The notes under the pieces are model-generated. The model saw nothing but the letters and a program-made list of their open reading frames with translations. It was not told the DNA's origin and ran no database searches. A DNA stretch of 63,982 nt, counting the filler, from Dimargaris cristalligena (taxonomy: Eukaryota), in assembly GCA_003614675.1 (NCBI GenBank). It is 6 parts of 6 records of this genome, joined end to end, with 100 filler letters (N's around TTAATTAATTAA, not from the genome) between each part and the next. Parts side by side here need not be neighbours in the genome. Positions count along the whole stretch, not along the records: positions 22,102 to 33,031 come from ML003137.1; positions 33,132 to 44,028 come from ML003138.1; 4 more parts are not named here. The stretch is one strand, 5' to 3'. The first letter of the stretch is position 1. Each line of letters begins with the position of its first letter. A program made the translations under genes and the position numbers. Of the stretch, positions 26,304 to 39,423 are shown piece after piece.

Positions 26304-29300
26304 GTTGGATAGATGAGTTACTGGACGAAATGAATGGGTAGGGGTTGGTCAGACTGGAGATGAAGAGAGGTGGGTGAAGCCAGGGTATAGATGTACAATT
26401 CGTAGTAGAGGAAGGCGGGGAAAAAAGGGGCAATGACCAATTGGGTCGAGGTGAGAGTAGGGTGTAGGGTTGTGGTGAAGGGCAAACTCCACTTAACGAA
26501 GGAGTAAAATCTGAAGGCAGGGTTGGTCGAGTAGCACAGAAATACCGTGTACTGTAGTGTCTTGTCCCAACCTTATTGGCCCTGAAGAGCACAAAGGTTC
26601 CGCTGGGATATTCGCTCATCTTTGGCCTACATGGGCCATCTTTAAAGACTTGTCCATTTGTGACTCGACACATCTACTTGGATAGTGATAATCTTACCAT
26701 TGCGTGTCTGGTTTGTCACCATTTATCAATTCAACATGAAATATGCCCAACTGCAATATATACTGCCTTAATTCGGGGAGTAGTAATATACCAAAAAACA
26801 ACAGCGCTTCCCAAACCACGTAGAAACAAATTTAGCGGGCAGATTTACGGCTTTAGCAGCATAACACATCAAGTAATCATTGGCATATACAGCTATACTC
26901 ACCCATACATGAATTAGTTCGAACTTCAAATATTCAACGGCCTTCCGGTAGAAGTTATCGAATAAAATCATATTTGCCCCCCGGCGTATATAATTGGGCG
27001 GCCTTAGCTTACGGGGGTTTAATGACTTTAGATAGATCCTCGTGGTTTAATTCCCAACAATAGCCCATCGGCCAAAGATTAGCGAGCACGAAGAGCCCAA
27101 GTCGATCGACTATGATCCAAATCGACATTGCGGTGTATGTAAAGGAGCGGGGATGCAGTCGACTACTCCAGGCCTTTTTTTAATACGATTTTCTTCGTTT
27201 ACAGTGGCCACACCCAACAGGTGTTTGCAGTCACATTGAAACTTTGGGAAGGGGTGGGGGGCAACTCAGCCCACACCTGAATATTCTTTAAACAATTGAA
27301 AGTGGTGGTGGAGAGGGGCATTGGTTAGGCAATACTACGTTCCTTAAAGGGGCAGTGTGTTTTTATTACCAACATGGTTGTTACTGCACAAAATTTGGCA
27401 TTTGTACGACATTATTGGGTGGCCATTGCCGGAAACATAGCCCATTTAAATGTATAATCTTGGGGAAAAATAGTCACATATAACTCGCTCGTCGGATGAG
27501 CATCATTTTTAAAAAAGTCCATCATTTTAAACGTTCTCCTTCCCACACTATTCAAGGCATTCAAACCAGCTCGTTATATCGACAAGGGTTTTCCGGCCGA
27601 AGCCTTTTCACGGCGTAATATTCATACTTTGGCTACGCTTTGTCCGTGACAAATTTCGGTATTAACAGGAGCTTAGTAGGTTAGACTCATTAGTTTGGTG
27701 GACCTAGGGATATTGCTTGGAAATCCCTATTTAGGGAGAAATAATGCACCAGAGACCGACGAAGCGTAGCAAAAGGTGTAGTCTATTTTTCAAATGGACC
27801 GAGTAAGCTAGTAAGGTATGTGTATATATCGGTGAATTGGTGTACTCGATGCTAGCGCTAAACTAGACATAATGGATGTAATAATCCGGCGGTCAGAGAG
27901 TCATTGGGGGTGAAGTGGGGTCAATTTAGCTATTTATAAATGCAACACCCGGTAATATGGAAACCCTGACCCCATGATAGTCAATACCCACCAAATGAAA
28001 CCATAAATAATTTGAAATATAGAAAATTGGCAATGGTTTGGGAGTAATAATACATATAGGCGAGGATATTTACGTCATTTTGGTATAATAAGAGGACGTG
28101 GCCACTGGTTAAAGTCAAGCAGGTATGTTCACTCTTGCAGGGCCATTTCCATAAAATTAGAAAATATTTTGCCGTCTTCACAATAGCCCGTGTAAGTTTG
28201 GTAATCAATAATAGATATTCTTAATGTACTCGACTGCACATACACCACTTAATATCGCCCAACCCAGACACCTAGCAATACAAGCAATGGTATTGGAGGC
28301 ATTAATGCATTTCTTCCAAGCCTAGCTTAAAGATCTTTCTCCAAGCCTCGTGGTCTCCCGTACCACTCCATTATACTCTGAAAATAGTTGTTCTTTGAAA
28401 TACATCAACGGCCAATAAAAAGCAATGTTCAAGGACCATCGTCTCGTGTTATTATGTCTTTAATGGCGCCTAGTACCCAAAGTTATGTCGGTTTAAATCC
28501 CATGGATCATTAAGCACACTGACACTCACCTTCGAATACATTCCGATGGACTGTTGGTATGCTATCAAGGGGGGGGGTTGCTGCCAAGGGATACATGGTG
28601 GGTTGCGTGCATCAATGCAAACTACGGATTTTAAACATTAAGCCACTACCAAACACGGATGGGAACCAGGTAATACCATACACAATAGTACCCAGTTCCA
28701 GCATAGTATGTGCTTTAAACCACCTGTATTCTGAAAAAAACAAGCCATAGCCAAGTCCAAGCAACTAAAAACCGGCTTGCCAGGCCTACTTGTTTTTCCC
28801 AGGGATGGTGCATGATCCTGCGGCCAGGGAGGTCGCCTTGAAGGTTGTCCCATGATTCACTTCAAGGAAACCTCGCTTGTCACATATATCCCCGATTACC
28901 GATGGCACGGCTACACTTTTATAACAAAGGCATAATGGTGGCATAGAATACCGTACTTGTTCCCACCAAATGGGGACTCTGGGCCTTCGTCCATTGTTCT
29001 CTCAGACGGCTGCGGTGCTTGGAAGACTAATCAGCCATTAACAATTGGACTGGTTATAAACCAACCACTTTTGGCATTGGGTTAATCGGCCAATATATAG
29101 CCAACCCTCTCGCCTGGTCCATTTTATGATTATATTCGTTTACTCATCCCTTAGAACCCATAAACCAAAACCTTCCCACCACACTCCTTTTTCGACTATT
29201 ACCATTACATGTATCCAGAATTTTCCATGTAACCCCCGCTGCCTCGTTACTTGTGCATGCGTGTAGCACCTTTCCTATATTGTCCGTTGTTCGTTAGTAG

Positions 29301-29317
29301 GAACTCCAGCTTAAACT

Positions 29318-32080
29318 ATGTCCTTTCATATCCTTTGGGTTGTTCTTTACCAAACCACAAATGTATGGCCTAGTATCACGGTTATAGTCACTATAGCCTA
29401 TTTGGTCCGATTTTTGCGGTTCCAGCGCGGTCCAGTCTATAAACCTGCCACGAGTGCACCCAGAGGATTCAGCGCTTTGCCCTATCCTTTGATAACGCGA
29501 GACCAGCAGTTGGCCATCAATATCCAGTTAGAGGTGTTCCAGCGAGTAGCCATCGCCGCTGTGGTATGTGTACAAACTATCGTTATCTTCGTATTGTCCA
29601 TGACGGTAGTTTGGACCCGTCATAATATCGCCTTTATGAACATAACTACCCAGCTCATTTGTGGAACTATACGTAGTCTGACCCTGGCGGCGGCTTGGCT
29701 GTTATTCCTGAACCAGCGCAGGAGCTCTCGACCGGCGACCCATGCTGACCACTCCCTGTGGTTGTACCGTTTAAGTTTGCGCAGCTCCATCCATCTCGAG
29801 TTTTGGCTAGTTCACACTTGCTTGGCCCTGGTGGAGCTAATGGTTTTGGCCCTCCAGTACGGACTCTACCATCAGGAATCCTCTGCCTCCGTGTGGTTCC
29901 TAGGCCAGGCTGCCTTGTACGCCATCCCATGCGTTTTTATTGCGGGCCGACTAGTACACTTCCATCGCTGCCACATGGTCCCCATTCTCGGCGGCTTGGT
30001 CGCCGGGCTCGTATCTCGTACCCCAGCTCGACTCGCCGCCAAATTTCACCAGCGTTTCCCAGATTTGTATGTCCTAGATTCCGCCTATTGGCCGGCGTAT
30101 TTAACCATTCCCCATCTGCCCACGGGGGTATCCTGGAGCTCTTCAGTTCCATTGGGGCGCGACATCAAACTCCATACCATAAAAAAAGGCCTGGCCGATC
30201 TCAGCTACATCACGTACCGCGACTTTGGCTCAGTTACAGACGAGGACGTCATTGAAGCTAACAGCGAGAGTAGCATGTCCGAAGTCACCTTTTTGATCCG
30301 CGAAATCAAAACGTATTCCGTGATGCTTGCGCAGCTGTTCCGTAATTGGCAAGTTTACTCAGGAATTCTACTTCTATTATTGGTGGAGTTCGGTCGTGAA
30401 TTCGTACGCCATGTCCAGCGTCAAAACCACCGCCGGTTTCATAAAAGTGTGGTGAATGGGACCTCCACCATTTCTAATTTCATGCTTTACTATTATATCC
30501 CAAGTCAGGTTATTAGCAATATTGTGCCCACCCTGTTCCAGCGACTGGAAGCGCGATTCAGCCGGAAAATGCATACTCAGTGGAAAAACCACGTTTATAG
30601 CCAAATTCAGGACCTTCATCAGCAGTCGAGCAAGTCCATCGAGGATCCCGAGTATTTCTTCTACAGCTACCTGTCACTAGCAATAACATTCCGCCGGCAG
30701 TTGATTAGTTTCATTGGGAGTATGATAGGGTCGGCTTTTCTTTTAACTGGCATGTGGAAATCAATCGGACCGGAGGCGGCCTTCTTGGGACTAACCTATC
30801 TGCTTTTGGTCGGTTTTATCGACTACGGCTGTCGCCTCGTGAATGAAACGGTCGATCCCCATTGGTATTTGACCCAATACGGATTCCAAAGGGGAATTCA
30901 ATACCGTGTCAGATATATGGCCCGGTTTAAAAGGTTATTTAGTGAGCAGTACGAATATCAACAACTGAGCAACGCTTTGCCCGCTCACCTCCGGGTTTCG
31001 GGGACCCGGTCGCACATTTATTCTGCCACTTACACCAGTCTTATCTACCGGGCGCTTTATTACCCATGGATAGCCCTCTGCGTGTGGAAATTTCATGCCG
31101 GCGGGATGTCCCAAGTAGAGTGCATCTTCGCCATGAATGCATATAGGTTGATTACTTCCGAAGCGGGTGGACTCGCCCACTTTATTATTTCCCGGTTCAA
31201 ACCCAGTAATGCGGGCATGTCCGCCGTCAAGAATGTAAACCGGGCCCCCGACCTTCAGGACGACGTCAACGCCCCTCCCCTTCACCTTGAAGGAGGGGGA
31301 AGCATCGAGTTTCACAATGTGTCCTTCGCCTATGGGGATCAACTGCCCATCTTCCACAACCTTAATTTATGCATTCCCGCCGGGCGGACCACCGCTATTG
31401 TGGGTGTCAGTGGCCAGGGCAAGTCGACCTTGTTGAACCTAATCATGCGAATGGTGGACGTCACAGAGGGGGCCATTCTAATCGATGGCCAAGATATTCG
31501 CCGAGTGGCCCAGAGCCATCTTCGCGGCCAAATCGCTTATGTAAACCAGACCTTCGTGACTTTCCCCGGATCCATTTACTACAACATCGCTTACGGCACT
31601 GTAAGTCAGGGTAAATTGGCCTCTAAAGACGACGTCATTGAAGCCACCAAGGCAGTCAATCTTTATGACACGATCTTGAAACGGAAAGGTGATTTTGAAT
31701 TTAGGCTAAACCCGTATACTAGAGCCATGAGCGGCGGTGAATTACAGCGCCTGGGAATCGCGCGGGCCTTGGTCAAGAAGGCCCCCATTTTACTCTTGGA
31801 TGAAGCCACGGCGGCCCTCGATAGCCCAACGGAGACCCGGATTATGGACCACCTTCGCCACTCGGCCCACGCGCGTACCACCGTGATTATCGCCCACCGA
31901 TTGTCGACGATCATGGATGCTGATCAAATCGTGGTCCTCGATCATGGCCGAGTCGCCGAACTGGGAACCCATGCTGAGTTAGTGGCCAAGGGGGGTATTT
32001 ACGCTACCATGTGGACCAAGACCCACATCAGTGATAAACCCAATGTGTCGGCCAAAGTCGACGAAGCGATAAAACTTTAG
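29318..32080 (+). CDS. Half-size ABCB-type transporter (Hmt1/Atm1-like NBD), 920 aa, intronless
   Basis: Walker A GVSGQGKST, signature MSGGELQR, Walker B ILLLDEAT, H-loop IAHRLST; multiple N-terminal hydrophobic segments. Confidence 0.9.
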   Translation: MSFHILWVVLYQTTNVWPSITVIVTIAYLVRFLRFQRGPVYKPATSAPRGFSALPYPLITRDQQLAINIQLEVFQRVAIAAVVCVQTIVIFVLSMTVVWTRHNIAFMNITTQLICGTIRSLTLAAAWLLFLNQRRSSRPATHADHSLWLYRLSLRSSIHLEFWLVHTCLALVELMVLALQYGLYHQESSASVWFLGQAALYAIPCVFIAGRLVHFHRCHMVPILGGLVAGLVSRTPARLAAKFHQRFPDLYVLDSAYWPAYLTIPHLPTGVSWSSSVPLGRDIKLHTIKKGLADLSYITYRDFGSVTDEDVIEANSESSMSEVTFLIREIKTYSVMLAQLFRNWQVYSGILLLLLVEFGREFVRHVQRQNHRRFHKSVVNGTSTISNFMLYYYIPSQVISNIVPTLFQRLEARFSRKMHTQWKNHVYSQIQDLHQQSSKSIEDPEYFFYSYLSLAITFRRQLISFIGSMIGSAFLLTGMWKSIGPEAAFLGLTYLLLVGFIDYGCRLVNETVDPHWYLTQYGFQRGIQYRVRYMARFKRLFSEQYEYQQLSNALPAHLRVSGTRSHIYSATYTSLIYRALYYPWIALCVWKFHAGGMSQVECIFAMNAYRLITSEAGGLAHFIISRFKPSNAGMSAVKNVNRAPDLQDDVNAPPLHLEGGGSIEFHNVSFAYGDQLPIFHNLNLCIPAGRTTAIVGVSGQGKSTLLNLIMRMVDVTEGAILIDGQDIRRVAQSHLRGQIAYVNQTFVTFPGSIYYNIAYGTVSQGKLASKDDVIEATKAVNLYDTILKRKGDFEFRLNPYTRAMSGGELQRLGIARALVKKAPILLLDEATAALDSPTETRIMDHLRHSAHARTTVIIAHRLSTIMDADQIVVLDHGRVAELGTHAELVAKGGIYATMWTKTHISDKPNVSAKVDEAIKL

Positions 32081-33031
32081 TACCCCATTTGATTGTTTTT
32101 TTTTTTAACTATAGAATACCGCCGTCATACTCTAGCCGGTGATATTTTTATATTTCAATCCCCCTAACTAAAATCCAGCATCCAATACCCAATTATACCA
32201 TTTGTTTGATTCGTTTTTATTTTTCTCCTGTTTTATATATATATATATATTATTCAAATATATAAAGGGATTAAAGCAATATATACGTTTTGGTTACCAT
32301 GATCAAATTGTCAGCATGGAACATTAAGAAATAGTCACACGTTGTCGCAGTTACGCATGGCGTATTCGATAATGTTGCTTGAAGTCAGTGACTATTAGGC
32401 TGTAGTCTCCCAACGGCTTTAGATCTGTCCATGAGGCTTGGGGAACCAAAAATTTATGGTGTATAATCCCCTTTGAAATTACTCCTTTTCTCGTTTTTCT
32501 ACCACGTATCTCCTCGTCTTCCCCCTTATACAACTTATAAGGCATCTTACGAATCCCTTTTGCTAAGTGGTCCCGGACATGTTCTCCCTTGGCGTAGGTC
32601 ATTCTAGATTTTGTTGAGGGGTTTCCCCGCGGTATTCCATCCCAACATTTTAACATCGTGAAGAGGTTACATGGGTGAGAAGCCAACTAAAGTCCACAGT
32701 GCCATTCTCTTTTGATAGAGCAAATATATCTACAACGATGTATTACTTTTCTTCACCAATTGATAGCCCCTTCTTGTGCCAACCACCGGTCGCTTTTCTG
32801 CCATCTGGTGCTCATATTAAGTGAGCCAACCAAGAATATATACATTAATATACATTTATAGAATATGTATAATCAAAAGAGGGTAAAATAAATTCAATAG
32901 TTGATTAAAACAAAGAAACGCTGTGATTAAGCCGTAGCTAAACTGTATCCATTAAGTAAACTGGCGGGATTATGGGTTTAAGACGATATTGGCGCACTTC
33001 CGGCAAATAAACAGGGTTCTGAACTTTATTT

Positions 33032-33131
33032 NNNNNNNNNNNNNNNNNNNNNNNNNNNNNNNNNNNNNNNNNNNNTTAATTAATTAANNNNNNNNNNNNN
33101 NNNNNNNNNNNNNNNNNNNNNNNNNNNNNNN
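33032..33131. other. Artificial contig spacer
   Basis: N-TTAATTAATTAA-N. Confidence 0.98.
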
Positions 33132-34531
33132 GAAATAATAGAAGGGAAAAAGGGAAAGGGAGAAAGCTATATTTAACTGTACTTTGAACAGGGGCACAGT
33201 CAGGCCAGGGGCAGTGTGAATGCAGGGGTACAGTCTGGCCAGGGGCAGGGGTGCATCATAGTCAAGGGTATAAAAATATACTAATGGAAAAAATACTATA
33301 ATAATGAAAATAGAGGAAAAATGACTATACTTATCAGGGGCAGGGGCACTGTTCTGATAGGTGTGAAAAATATATAAAAAATAAAAGTAAGTAGAAAATG
33401 TGGTAAGTTCACTACAATGGGATTACCCTATATCATATAATAGTTCCCCTTCTGGACTCCTTGGTTCACACTAATTACTCCAGTGCTGATCTGAAGGCTC
33501 TTCTAGTTCCTAACAGAGTCTTCCAAGTCTTCACAGCTGTCCAGTCAGCTTATTTATTATACCTTAGTCTTAGTAATATCCTCCTCTGGGGACCTCCCTC
33601 TGGAGTTGCTCCTGCATATATATAACTGTGCCCCACTGGGACTGGTTCTATTCCTTAGCTTATTCTGACCCCCTAGTTTATCCCAATAAACCCTATATAT
33701 ACTTACCCCCCTTGTATTAACTAGTAAGTGTGCTCACTACATGTCCCTTGCTTATACCTGCATCCTGTAGCCTTTATTAGTTAGTACTATGCCCCAACCT
33801 AATGCTAGGACCTGCTTGGCTGAGCCTAAGCCCCATCTACCATGAGAAGCCTATTCTTAGGACTCTTAATGGACTAAGAATGGATAACCTGGGTGACAGA
33901 GGACTTAACAAATAATTAGTGGGAGGTACATATCTACTAATACTAAAGTGAGTAAATAAGGATTAATTGGAATAAAAAATGAGAATGTAAGCTAAGGAAC
34001 CAATTGACTGGCATGAGAAGGATATTGAAATACACAGTTACTGCCAGGGGCTTATACCTAAAAGTAATAGCAGAGCCACTAGTTGGGAGATGCTGATATT
34101 TGGAAAACTCAGCTGGAAATTCAGAAAGCTTTAGATTGACACTTTAATGTAAAGGGTAGAGCCAAATGGTAGCAACTGGTGGGGGATTGGAAATAGATAA
34201 CAATCACAGTGCCAGGTATTGCTTTAGGAAGGTACCACTATGGTACTATAAGGCCTCATACTGGTTAGTTATTTGGAAAGGTGTTATTGACCATATTAGG
34301 TCAGTTTTGCCAGCATAATAGTCAGTACAAACAATTTATCTGGAGGGGATTGAGGAAAAAAGGTCAGAGGCAATGATGATGACTCTAATTGTGAGACATA
34401 ACAGCCTTGGGACAGATGCAACCTAATAAATTAACAAGCAATGTGTTTTATAGATAGTATAAGAAACCCAATTTACCTATAAAGCTGTATCAACAATTGC
34501 ATACTTAAGAGATTATGGCTACTTTTAACAT
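33132..34531. repeat. CpG-free degenerate repeat or transposon relic
   Basis: No CG dinucleotide found by eye in 1400 nt; no ORF of 60 aa or more; repeated CAGGGGCA motifs; located at a contig end. Confidence 0.55.
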
Positions 34532-36141
34532 CGCCCCTGCTGATTTCTTCTCTAGATTGTAGCCAAGGAGTACTTTAACAGAGATAAATCTAAGAGCAGT
34601 TACGCATATTAATTTAGGGGAATTCTCGGGATTAATACCTATGGCTATAGAGCTAAACTCAAAATCAGCCACTGGGTTACCCTCCCCATCTTTTGATCAA
34701 AATCGACAAGTTTAAATACGACTAACTTTATAACTGATATGAATAAACCCGGAGGTGTCCGCGCGGTCACCAGCAAGGGGACCTTCGTTATTGACGGCCT
34801 CGGTTATCAAACATAATTTCATTTCAGTGACCGACTTTCCACTACTCGGTTTCAGAAACGGCCAAAGATTCCTTCGTTAGCCCCGATGACTACATTGTCC
34901 TTGCCATAATGCTAAAGATTTCGGAAATGACCATAGTTGATAAAGCTTGATATAACTGAAATATTCCCCAGCCCTGCACTATGCAGCAATACAAGATTAT
35001 GATGAGATTGTCCAGTGGTTATAAGGGATACTGTAGAATCCCATATTCTGTGCGGAGAGCAGCCCGATGATACACCTCGGTTGGGTGGATATTGGTGCGC
35101 TAATCCAAACGGCTACTATTACTACGGTACTCAAGGGGCATACAAAGGGGGAACCCCCAAGGCATAATGATTTTCTTTAGCCAGCGAGAACTTATGAAGG
35201 GGTGTGAAAGCTACTCCATCTATAGACACCATTTAAACACAGTTGACAATGTATATTTAGTCTTGCGGTTTTCTGCTCTGGTTAACCAGTGCCTATATAC
35301 GAGATACTACATTAGTGTAATGCCTCGCCCCGGGGATCCGGGAGGGGTGACAATTTGCCTGCCGGGATGAGAAGACCCGGAGCGAGACACAGAAGTCGGC
35401 CCAGACATTCGTAAATTTGGGGATTCAGGCCGGGAGGGTAACGGTGACGCCAAAGTCTCCTGCGGAGAGACCGATCGATTGCGACTGGAGCGAAACATGT
35501 TATGAATTATTGGTAACGTGGTAAGGGGATCAATGATTGTTATTGGTTTTTAAAAAAATATAGTCGAATGATGATTGATAAATAGGAAATCGTGGCTACT
35601 TGCTGCTTCACCCTCGATGACTTCTTTGAAATACAATGACTAGAAGGGTTTTTTTATTTTATAATGAATGCTAAGGATCGAATGGAAATAATATATACTG
35701 CTAGGTTTTTCACTCCCCGATTTAGGGAGCAAAACTGGTGGGTTTAAATACCCCAGACCTCAAACTAAGGATGAGGATTTTTACAGCCCTCAGTCGGGCA
35801 GCGGGAGGGGTTTGCCCCTTCTCGATGAGGTACACTGCTGCCCCATGGTCAGCTCTGGACACTAACTTCCTCCAGCAGCTACGACGGTAACAGCTAGCTC
35901 CTACAACGGCCCGATGAGGATGCCTCCGTTATATGAAACGGGAAGATGTTGAAACTGATAATGATTGATCCGGTTTGATAGGAGAAAAGGCTTCCCGAAC
36001 CCCATAATATGCAACACTATACGAACTAGGGGAGAATATCGGGAAGTATATAAACAAGTAAAAGGGATAATGAATAAACTTTCCCGATTCTGCACTTTGC
36101 AGCACTACATCAGTACACTAGTCCTTAGATACAATCGATAT

Positions 36142-36277
36142 GGGAGAAGTTCATTCAGGCTGTATAACGAAAAATCCATTGGATGAGGCCAATATTACTG
36201 GTTAAAAGATATTCTCACATGTATTCGTCCATACACGTATTATGTAAAACCTTATACAGCTGGCTTGAATTTCACCC
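36142..36277 (+). mobile_element. MITE copy 5 (136 bp)
   Basis: 26-bp imperfect TIRs (20/26 matching) and ATAT flanks. Confidence 0.93.
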
Positions 36278-36763
36278 ATATGTATTTTACATTGGCAGGT
36301 GTGGTTTCCTCCACGCCAATAACCCCCTAATAACTCTAAGCCGATTCCCCTTCTTCAAACCCCATAATTTATTCTCACCAACAACTCTTGCACATTGAGA
36401 GACTATGCCTTAACCATCAATAACTTCTTACTATATAGTGAATATATAGGTATATGCGCATTTATTCTCTTGGGAAGGAATCACTTGACTCTTCTATAAG
36501 TACTACCCACGAGCCCGGATTTATTCTTTACCTTGCCCGTCAACAATTCCAAGACCCATATTCCACTCGCTTCGCATTATTACAACACTTATTAATTGAC
36601 AAACACAGAGTTACCTAATACCTACACTCAGTATTACCACCATGAACTGGTCCCAAAAATACCAGTAAGTCGAACCCTGTAATCCTGGTATCAATTATGG
36701 TTTACCTATTTGGGAGCGGATTTGATCATTTAACTGCCAATAGAGTACACAATTACAGGGTTG

Positions 36764-36795
<32 letters not shown>

Positions 36796-39423
36796 AGAAA
36801 AGTAACCAAATATGAAATACCTTTGGCATTTCCATACGGTATCATGGTAGGGCGCAAATGGGCCCTTCGATGAATCATCGACAACAGCGACTGTATTTCT
36901 ACCAAAACCAAGCGCGAATTCGTTCAGAAAAAGTTGATCCATCGGAAGATAATGAAGCAGCCCCCGAAACGAAGGACACTTCTGCCCCGAATCGTCTAGG
37001 TAGCAATCTACCTATTACCCAAAGAGACTTGCCTGCGGCAACATCGCCTGACCAATCGGTAAGAAGTAAACAGTATACTTTAATATCCTGCCCCCTTAGG
37101 AATAACACTTAGAATCGAAGTATTCCATAAACATCCACCCCATTAGCCATATATATAAATATGGCATTTCACTATGGGCCTAACTCATATTAATAATATA
37201 CTGATATTTGAGTGAGCCACCACTATATATGGGTATGCCATTATAAAAAAATGACAATCAGGAGCAGGAGCAGCTTGCGCGTCAAAAAAGAAGAGTCACT
37301 ACACGACAGTTACGTTGGATTCGAAATGCCATGCGGCGTTTAGAGAGGCTGGACCCGATGCAATAAGATGCATTTACATATATAGCAACACCCCTGACTG
37401 AAAAGTAGAGACGGTAGAGGGTAACTCACCCGGTTGGTAACCCCGTTAAGCTATGTACCGAGTAATAAATGGGAAACGGAGTGATAAAGAATGAAACGCA
37501 AGGGGGCTATCCCCAAGTATGGGATACCTTAATCTAATCTACGCTCGATAAGTGGCTGCCCAATAGTATATGTATTACGTGGGAACCACCAAATTAAGAC
37601 GATGCGGCCAGCGAAAAGACATCTACGACCACAATCATGTTGTTGGTGTCAAATTTATATGTAATGTGTTCTGATTATGGCCCGAAATCGTAATAGTGAA
37701 TTCAAATTGGGTTGTGGTATATAAGTATTAGTCACCCAGCGCCAATTCAATACAATGACATACGTACTTAGGACGCATTCTTACCAAGGAGATGGGGAGA
37801 TTCTGGCCTAGTATATATATATATATATATAAGTATGCAAATTAGGACAACGTACCGTCCGTTTGCGGGTTCCAAGTGCCAGTTGAGCAAGAGTGGTAGC
37901 CGTGGCCGTTATTTTGGATGATTTTGCATGTCACTGGCAGATTAGAATTGCATGGGTTGGTATAATTGGACAAAAAAAAATGTAGATATTAGATTGAATA
38001 GTAGAACCCAGTAGGAATTAAGCGGTCGTTATCCAACTAACCGGCTGCCGAATAATGCAATCATGGGAGTCGGTAGGTCCAAACTAAAATCACATACCAA
38101 TATACTTGTAGGGCTGTGACCGGGGCAGGGCGGTAATTTTACGGAGGGCGTATTCCAGGATCGAGCCATTCCATTCCACCACCTTGCTATGTTTATATTC
38201 GCTATTGTCCACCACGATATCGATTGCCTAGAGGTGTGCCACATTGGGATTGGGGTGAATGATAGCAAGAATCCGGGATATAATAAGTCTAATATGCCAC
38301 ATTACCTATGGTGAATTGGGCCATTAAAAATATATACAATCTTATATAAACCGATGTCTAGGAGGGAGAGAAATGACTGTCCACCCCTTAAAAATTCTAG
38401 ACACATAGGCTTTACGGGGTGATAAATAGCCCGTCCAACAACCGACCTTCTTTAGAATCAACCGGATTTCATCGGACTTTTCATTGCAGGGTGCCTAATC
38501 CAGGTGGAAGCAATGCCAAATGGCCGAAAAGATAGTAAGGGTGATAGTCAGTTGGAATTAGTCCGCCGGGGGGGGGGGGTTATCCGGATAATATAATAAC
38601 TTTGGGAAAGACTGACAGGCTCCTTGGCGGAAACGAAGTCGTAGTCGGGCATTTCAGAATATCTGAGGGTACTAGGCTGCCAAATACCACGCGGGGTTTC
38701 CACTACCACTTGTCTATTATAGAATATATGTATACATGAGAGGAGGGGACTTGAACTTACTTGGGGAGCCAAGTCCATACTGGCGGTTGGAAATGACGGG
38801 GAAGGCTGGGGCTATGGAAATAAGCCAAGGAATAGGAACTCTGGCGAGGTGACTTGATGGGTGCGGTAGTAGGGAAGTGGGGGGGGGGATGAAGATGGGC
38901 AACAGGAGCGGAATGAAGGATAACCCGAAAGAAAGTGGCGACGGATAGGACTTGTCGAAAGATAGGTTAGTGAAGTCTCATTGACCAAGAAAAGACAAAA
39001 AGGGCACTTTCACCCTCCGTACTACAGTCGGTAAGGCCCTGTTGCTTGTGGGGTTGGACTCCTCTTCCAGTCGCCAGCCTCACCCGGTCTCCTATTAAAA
39101 AGTATCCCAAGGCGGGGGGCACTAGCTTGGTAATACTGGCTCTAAAAATATAGCGGTAAGTAACCCTCTCCTCTACGGCAGCCTGGGCTATAAAGTCGGT
39201 GAGTCCAGGGCAAAGAAAGCATTTCCCGGATCCAGTTCGCCGGGGCCACTACACATGGTCTCCATTCGCTCAAGTGACTCTCGTTAGCCACATTTGCTAA
39301 ACAGCTCGCCGTCAGACTTTAGTATATAGTATTTTGGAATACTTCACTACTATTCCTATTATTTTACCCTCGACCTAGTCCAATATTAAGGGCTTAGACG
39401 AAACGCCCCCCCCCCCAGTAGCC

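Noticed and set aside
32351-32686. 111-aa minus-strand ORF near a contig end; also coding-like fragments at about 22750-23316, 34740-35170 and 60460-60858
   Set aside because: No recognisable domains or consistent exon chain; possible relics, but unsupported without a homology search.
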